Shown here: positions 27,259 to 32,000 of the stretch, in pieces
Position numbering within the stretch: the stretch's first letter is position 1
How the letters are laid out: each line of letters opens with the position of its first letter
Assembly (NCBI GenBank): GCA_003194425.1
Contig: PQXB01000003.1
Location: 30,001 to 62,000, forward strand
From: Candidatus Methanophagaceae archaeon
Lineage (GTDB): Archaea; Halobacteriota; Syntropharchaeia; Alkanophagales; Methanospirareceae
DNA length: 32,000 bases
Direction: 5' to 3'
Notes under the pieces: generated by a model
Database searches by the model: none
The model's input: only the letters and a program-made list of their open reading frames with translations
What the model was told of the DNA's origin: nothing
Made by a program: the position numbers and the translations under genes

Positions 27259-28962
27259 ATGAAATTCGACCCAAAGCAGATAAGAGAAGAGACGAGGAGG
27301 GATTTTGAAGCCGCGTGGTTGGCGGGAACGAAATACGCGGGCGAGCGAAGCCTGAACGATAAATATCCGAGGTCCTTACTGCGTTTAGGTGTAGGAAAGC
27401 CGCACCCTGTTTTTGAGACGATTCAAAAGTTGAGAGAGGCGTACTTGCGGCTCGGGTTTGAGGAGGTGCTGAACCCGGTTGTGATTGAGGAGGCGGAAGT
27501 GAAGCGGCAGTTTGGAAAGGAGGCGCTTGCGGTTCTTGACCGCTGCTACTACCTCGCGGGTCTGCCTCGTCCTGACATCGGAATTTCAGACGAGCGGGTG
27601 AAGCGAATGAACTCGTTCCTCGAGGGGAAAGCGTTCTCGAAGGAAGCGGAGGAGGTAGAGGCGCTCAGGAGAACCTTGCACCGCTACAAGAAAGGCGAAC
27701 TTGACGGCGACGACCTGGTCTTTGCGGTGGCGGAGAGTTTGGACGTGGCGGACACGGAGGTGACGAAACTGCTTGACGGCGTCTTCCCGGAGTTGAAGAG
27801 CCTTGCTCCTGTCCCGCTCGGTTCAGCCGACTCGGGCAGTGGCAGGAGCACACTGCGAAGCCACATGACTTCAGGTTGGTTCTTGACACTTGCTGAGGTT
27901 TGGAAGAAGAGACCGCTGCCGCTGCGACTCTTCTCGGTGGACAGGTGCTTCAGGCGAGAGCAGCGCGAGGGCGAAATCCGACTCCGCAACTACCACTCCG
28001 CTTCTTGCGTGCTACTCTGCGACGAGGCTGGTGACGAGGCTGGTGACGAGGCTGGTGACGAGGCTGGGGCAGGAAGAGGGGGAGTGAGCGTGGACGACGG
28101 CAAGGAGGTCGCGACGGGGCTGCTTCTGCAGTTCGGGTTCGATAAAATGCGGTTCAGGGCGGACGAGAAGCGGTCAAAATATTACATTCCAGACACACAG
28201 ACAGAAATTTTCTGCCACCACCCACGAATCGGGTGGGTGGAGGTGGCGACTTTTGGGATTTACTCGCCCACCGCCCTCGCACAGTACGACATTCCTTACC
28301 CTGTGCTGAATCTCGGGTTGGGCGTGGAGCGGTTGGCGATGATTCTGCACGACGCGGACGATGTGCGGGCGTTGGCGTTTCCGCAGTTCCACGCCGAGTG
28401 GCGACTGAGCGACTTGGAGTTGGCGGGGCTGGTGAGCGTTGCCGAGACGCCCTGCACCGCGGAGGGTGAGGAAATTGCGAGGGAAATTGTTCGGGTCTGC
28501 GAGGAAAAGGGCGGGGAGGAGTCGCCTTGCGAGTTCCTCGCTTGGCGTGGGTGCGTGTCTGGAGGAGGAGAGGGGAAGGGGGAGGTAGAGGTGTGGGTAG
28601 TGGAGTTGGAGGAAAAGACGCTTTTGTGCGGTCCCGCGTGCTTGAACGAGGTGGTCGTGCACGAGGGTTCGGTGCTTGCCGTGCCGAGGGGGAAGAAGGA
28701 GTGGGAAGCGGTCTTTGAGGCGGGCGTGCCGACTGGGATAAGATTTTTGGACGCTTTTGCTGCTCTTGCGGCTCGCAAGATTGAACTGTGGGGGGAGAGG
28801 GGGGAGGAGAAGAACTGCGAGGTGAAGGTAAAAATGGTGAGGAGTGGGGCGGACGTGAACATAAAAATAGACGACTTGGCGGTGCGTTTTGTCACCTCGT
28901 GGAAGAAGAAGGTGGATTTGAGGGGACCTGTTTTTGTTACGGTGGTAGCTAAGCGGATTTGA
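27259..28962 (+). CDS. sepS: O-phosphoserine--tRNA(Cys) ligase (SepRS)
   Basis: GKPHPV..TIQKLREAYLRLGFEE, LDRCYYLAGLPRPD, TLRSHMTSGWF, FSVDRCFRREQRE, YHSASCV, KYYIPDTQTE, NLGLGVERLAM. Colinear over the full length with SepRS as I recall it. Confidence 0.93.
   Translation: MKFDPKQIREETRRDFEAAWLAGTKYAGERSLNDKYPRSLLRLGVGKPHPVFETIQKLREAYLRLGFEEVLNPVVIEEAEVKRQFGKEALAVLDRCYYLAGLPRPDIGISDERVKRMNSFLEGKAFSKEAEEVEALRRTLHRYKKGELDGDDLVFAVAESLDVADTEVTKLLDGVFPELKSLAPVPLGSADSGSGRSTLRSHMTSGWFLTLAEVWKKRPLPLRLFSVDRCFRREQREGEIRLRNYHSASCVLLCDEAGDEAGDEAGDEAGAGRGGVSVDDGKEVATGLLLQFGFDKMRFRADEKRSKYYIPDTQTEIFCHHPRIGWVEVATFGIYSPTALAQYDIPYPVLNLGLGVERLAMILHDADDVRALAFPQFHAEWRLSDLELAGLVSVAETPCTAEGEEIAREIVRVCEEKGGEESPCEFLAWRGCVSGGGEGKGEVEVWVVELEEKTLLCGPACLNEVVVHEGSVLAVPRGKKEWEAVFEAGVPTGIRFLDAFAALAARKIELWGERGEEKNCEVKVKMVRSGADVNIKIDDLAVRFVTSWKKKVDLRGPVFVTVVAKRI
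28021..28068. repeat. 12-nt tandem repeat gacgaggctggt x4 inside sepS
   Basis: Read directly. Encodes (DEAG)4. Confidence 0.97.
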
Positions 28963-28970
28963 GTCTCTAA

Positions 28971-30530
28971 TCAAGACCCTCCCGCCGCCGCCCCACCGAC
29001 CAAAATCCTCTTCACCCGCACGTGCGGTGCGAATTCCGAGACCGGGACTTCTTGACCGTCCTTACCGCAGAACCCGATTGAACCTCGCTTCTTCTCCTGC
29101 CCCACCGCGTCAATTTCTTTCAACACCTCCAGCGTCCTGCCCGAGAGCGAGACATTCTTCAGCCGCTTCGTGAGCCTGCCTTTCTCAATCAGGAACGCTT
29201 CTTCGGCGCTGAACTGAAACTCGCCCCGCACCGTGTCCACCTGCCCCCCACGCATTCCCTTCGCGTAAATCCCAAACCGCACCCCCTCCAGCATTTCCTC
29301 AAAACTCCAACCTCTTCCCGCTCCCGCTCTCGAACCCGCTTCAACCACAGTGTTACTCATTCTGACCAGCGGAACTTCGGAATAATCAGCAGCCCTTGCG
29401 TTCGCAGTCGGCGTCGCCTCCAACCTGCCCGCGGTCTCCCTCGTGTGCAAGTAGGAGACCAGAACGCCGTTCTTTATTATTTCTGTCCTCCTCGCCCGCA
29501 GCCCCTCGTCGTCGTACTTGTAGTAGCCGTGCGACCCCACGACGGTCGGGTCGTCGGCAACGGTCAAGCCCTCGTAAGCTACCTGCTCGCCCAGTTTGTC
29601 CTTCAGAATTGACTCACCGCATAAAACGTGGTCGGCTTCCGCGGCGTGCCCGAGTGCCTCGTGCATAAAAACACCCGTGAGCTTGCTGTCCATTATTACA
29701 GGGAACTCGCCAGCAGGAGGCTGTTCAGCGTCAAGCAGCCTGACCGCCTTGTCCGCGGCCTTTACACCCACTACCTCGGGATTCCCCTCCGCTGCCACTC
29801 CCTCCGCTGCTACTCCCTCCGCTGCCACTCCCTCCGCTGCCTCTCCCTTCGCTACCTCTCCCTCTTCTGCCACGACCTCAAACCCAGCCACCGCTCCCAC
29901 GCTCTCCACGCCTTCCTGCAGAACGCTGCCTTTCTTTGCAACTACACGCACGCGCAAAAAAACCGCAGGCATCTCAGTTACGACAAAACACCCCTCAGAG
30001 TCCGCGTAGGTCTTCTCCTCGTAGCCGTCCAAATACAAAATAGAAACGCTTTTTACGAGTGGGGAGTGCTGCGTTGCCGCTTTGTACGCTGCCTTAACCA
30101 GCCTCTTTTTCTCCTCTACGCTAACATCCTCAGGATTTATTTTCGGCTTCAGTTTAAAATGGTCGCTCCGCGGCTTCGCACCTGCCATTTTTACGGCTTC
30201 CTCCTCCCTCTTCTTCTCTAATTCTGACTTCTCCGATTCTAACTTCTCTGATTCTGATTTTGAGAGCGACAACGCCCTTCCAACCCTTAAAGCGTCCTCA
30301 AAAGCAGCCTTTATTCTGGGCTTTGAGAGCTCGTTAGAGGAGGAGAAGCCCCACGAGTTTTTGTAGAGCACTCTTACGCCCACGCCCTCGTCAATTCCGT
30401 AACTCATTTCTCTGAAGACGCCGTCTCTCAATTCGAGGGTAGTTGCGTAACCTTTTTCGAGCCGAATGTCCGCGAATCTCGCCCCCTCCGAAATCACAAA
30501 ATCCACTGCCTTTTTTATCTCTTCTTGCAT
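28971..30530 (-). CDS. tldD: TldD/PmbA-family metalloprotease
   Basis: ADIRLE...GVGVRVL N-domain, HEALGHAAEAD metal-binding motif, C-terminal GEFQFS...AYLIE-like block. ATG 30530 (MQEEIKKA) is preferred over 30575. Two repeat inserts. Confidence 0.8.
   Translation of the reverse strand: MQEEIKKAVDFVISEGARFADIRLEKGYATTLELRDGVFREMSYGIDEGVGVRVLYKNSWGFSSSNELSKPRIKAAFEDALRVGRALSLSKSESEKLESEKSELEKKREEEAVKMAGAKPRSDHFKLKPKINPEDVSVEEKKRLVKAAYKAATQHSPLVKSVSILYLDGYEEKTYADSEGCFVVTEMPAVFLRVRVVAKKGSVLQEGVESVGAVAGFEVVAEEGEVAKGEAAEGVAAEGVAAEGVAAEGNPEVVGVKAADKAVRLLDAEQPPAGEFPVIMDSKLTGVFMHEALGHAAEADHVLCGESILKDKLGEQVAYEGLTVADDPTVVGSHGYYKYDDEGLRARRTEIIKNGVLVSYLHTRETAGRLEATPTANARAADYSEVPLVRMSNTVVEAGSRAGAGRGWSFEEMLEGVRFGIYAKGMRGGQVDTVRGEFQFSAEEAFLIEKGRLTKRLKNVSLSGRTLEVLKEIDAVGQEKKRGSIGFCGKDGQEVPVSEFAPHVRVKRILVGGAAAGGS
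29785..29874. repeat. 15-nt tandem array ccctccgctgccact x6 (progressively degenerate) inside tldD
   Basis: Read directly. Encodes (AAEGV)n on the minus strand. Confidence 0.93.
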
Positions 30531-30598
30531 TTTTATAGAAACAAAACAGAATTTGTAGAAATAAAACAAAAGCAAAACAAAATCTAAAAAAGAAGAAG

Positions 30599-30672
30599 GG
30601 GGCTGTAGCTCAGACTGGGAGAGCGCTCGGCTGAAGACCGAGTTGTCCCGAGTTCAAATCTCGGCAGCCCCA
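30599..30672 (+). tRNA. tRNA-Phe (anticodon GAA)
   Basis: Hand-folded: acceptor GGGGCTG/CAGCCCC, D arm GCTC-AGACTGGGA-GAGC, anticodon stem CTCGG/CCGAG with loop CT-GAA-GA, variable TTGTC, T arm CCGAG-TTCAAAT-CTCGG, discriminator A. Confidence 0.92.
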
Positions 30673-30693
30673 CTACGCCACTCTACCCAAGAA

Positions 30694-32000
30694 ATGATAA
30701 CAATTGCGTTGGCAGGGAAGCCGAATTCAGGAAAATCAACATTCTTCAAGGCTGCTACGCTCGCCGATGTTGAAATCGCTTCGTACCCGTTCACGACGAT
30801 TTCGCCAAATGTCGGGGTCGCCTACGCGAGGGTAAAATGCCCCTGCAAAGAGAGAGAGGTTCTGGAGGCTGTAGGAGGTGGTGGAGACGGCAGCGGAGAC
30901 GGTGGAGACAGTGGAGACGGTAGAGACGGTAGAGACGGTAGAGACGGTGGAGACGGTGGAGACAATGGAGGTGGCGGAGGTGGCGGAGGCGGGTGTGGGA
31001 ATTGCGTCGACGGGGTTCGCTTCGTGCCTGTAGGTCTCTTAGATGTTGCAGGTCTTGTCAGGGGTGCGCACGAGGGAAAGGGGCTGGGAAACGAGTTCCT
31101 GGACGAGCTCAGGCAGGCAGAGGCGATAATTCAGGTCGTTGACGCTTCTGGCGGGACAGACGCAGACGGGAATGTGGTGGAGCGCGGGACGCACGACCCC
31201 TACGAAGATGTCCTTTTTTTCCGGGAAGAACTGACCGAGTGGGTAAAGGGGATTTTAAGCAGAAACAAGCGGAAACTGGAGCGAAAATCTGAATTAGAGA
31301 CAGGAGCAGGAGCGGGAGGCGGTGCGAAGACCGCACGGCTGCTTGCCGAGCAGTTAGCCGGCGTTGGCGTGACCGAGGAGCAGGTAAAAATCGCTATTTT
31401 GAAATCCCTCGTCGCGGGCAAGCCCAACCTAAAATCGTGGGACGGAGACGACCTCAAAGATTTAGCCGCGCAGTTGGTAAAGCAGAGTAAAAAAATGGTA
31501 CTTGCCGCAAACAAGGCGGACGCAGCACCAGAGGCGGAGGAGAACATAAAAAAGCTGAAGGAACTTTGCGAAATTGAAGGAGAGGGCGAGGTAGTCCCGT
31601 GCTCTGCGGAGGCGGAGCTTGCGTTGAGAACTGCTGCAAAGAACGGGTTCGTAAAATACCTGCCCGGCGACACGGATTTTGAAATCTCTCCCTCTGCGTC
31701 GGCAGAAATTACAGAGAAGCAGAGACGAGGGCTGGAAAAAATACGAAAACTAATTCAAAATTTTGGCGGCACAGACGGCGGCACAGACGGTAGCGGCACA
31801 GACGGCACAGGCACGGGAACTGGAACGGGCGTTCAAGCAATTATAAATCGTGTGGTCTTCGATTTGCTGGACTACGTGGTTGCGTACCCTGTAGAAGACG
31901 AGCACAACTTCAGCGACGGCTCGGGCAGAGTCCTGCCAGACGCGTTTCTTTTGAAGAAAGGTAGCACCGCGAGAGACCTTGCCTACGCAATTCATTCAGA
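30694..32000 (+). CDS. ychF: Obg-like/YchF-type P-loop GTPase-ATPase with TGS-like C-terminus (3' end outside window)
   Basis: Not in the ORF track because it has no stop. I translated it by hand and it is open from ATG 30694 to base 32000. G1 GKPNSGKSTFF, G2 YPFTT, G3 LLDVAGLV, G4 ANKAD, and a late VAYPVED...LPDAFLLKKGSTARDLAYAIHS block. A CPC...CGNC knuckle is split by a G/D-rich repeat. Confidence 0.75.
   Translation, partial: MITIALAGKPNSGKSTFFKAATLADVEIASYPFTTISPNVGVAYARVKCPCKEREVLEAVGGGGDGSGDGGDSGDGRDGRDGRDGGDGGDNGGGGGGGGGCGNCVDGVRFVPVGLLDVAGLVRGAHEGKGLGNEFLDELRQAEAIIQVVDASGGTDADGNVVERGTHDPYEDVLFFREELTEWVKGILSRNKRKLERKSELETGAGAGGGAKTARLLAEQLAGVGVTEEQVKIAILKSLVAGKPNLKSWDGDDLKDLAAQLVKQSKKMVLAANKADAAPEAEENIKKLKELCEIEGEGEVVPCSAEAELALRTAAKNGFVKYLPGDTDFEISPSASAEITEKQRRGLEKIRKLIQNFGGTDGGTDGSGTDGTGTGTGTGVQAIINRVVFDLLDYVVAYPVEDEHNFSDGSGRVLPDAFLLKKGSTARDLAYAIHS
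30880..30993. repeat. 9-nt tandem array (ggtRgagac) grading into a ggaggtggc run inside ychF
   Basis: Read directly. Encodes GDG/SGD/GRD repeats then poly-Gly. Confidence 0.93.
31765..31830. repeat. 12-nt tandem array ggcggcacagac x2 plus degenerate copies inside ychF
   Basis: Read directly. Encodes GGTD GGTD GSGTD GTGTGTGTG. Confidence 0.9.

Noticed and set aside
28174-28974. 266-aa and 199-aa minus-strand ORFs inside sepS
   Set aside because: The + strand is colinear with SepRS over its full length. The antisense products are R/P/L-rich with no recognisable domain.

Overview
Archaeal chromosomal window (about 32 CDS, 2 tRNAs). It comes from an H4MPT-pathway euryarchaeon (methanogen, ANME or Archaeoglobi-like). 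Evidence: F420-dependent methylene-H4MPT dehydrogenase (mtd), O-phosphoseryl-tRNA synthetase (sepS), archaeal riboflavin synthase, KEOPS subunits Bud32 and Cgi121, archaeal SepF, TiaS, and a tRNA-Gln with an A1-U72 pair. I cannot name the organism from sequence alone. Gene content is mostly housekeeping. I found no transposase, integrase, CRISPR array, toxin-antitoxin pair or recognisable defence island, and I do not claim one. The most unusual signal is a sequence-architecture phenomenon. At least 12 conserved genes carry perfect or near-perfect tandem DNA repeats inside the reading frame. All 16 arrays have periods that are multiples of 3 (6 to 30 nt), and they encode G/E/S/A/K/R/D-rich peptides. 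Intergenic regions carry tandem duplications with periods 13, 14, 15, 16 and 17 nt. This looks like an active, frame-blind tandem-duplication process filtered by selection. Secondary observations: a Bud32 gene with an ~80-aa tail running 177 nt into the convergent gene; very short divergent intergenic regions with shared TATA elements, one perfectly palindromic, implying leaderless mRNAs; tandem DUF116 paralogs translationally coupled to tiaS; two low-GC genes, a SAM methyltransferase and a 930-aa Asn-rich beta-helix surface protein with very recent internal duplications; an orphan ABC ATPase; and a protein gene starting 21 nt after tRNA-Phe. All product calls rest on motif recognition by eye; no database search was run.
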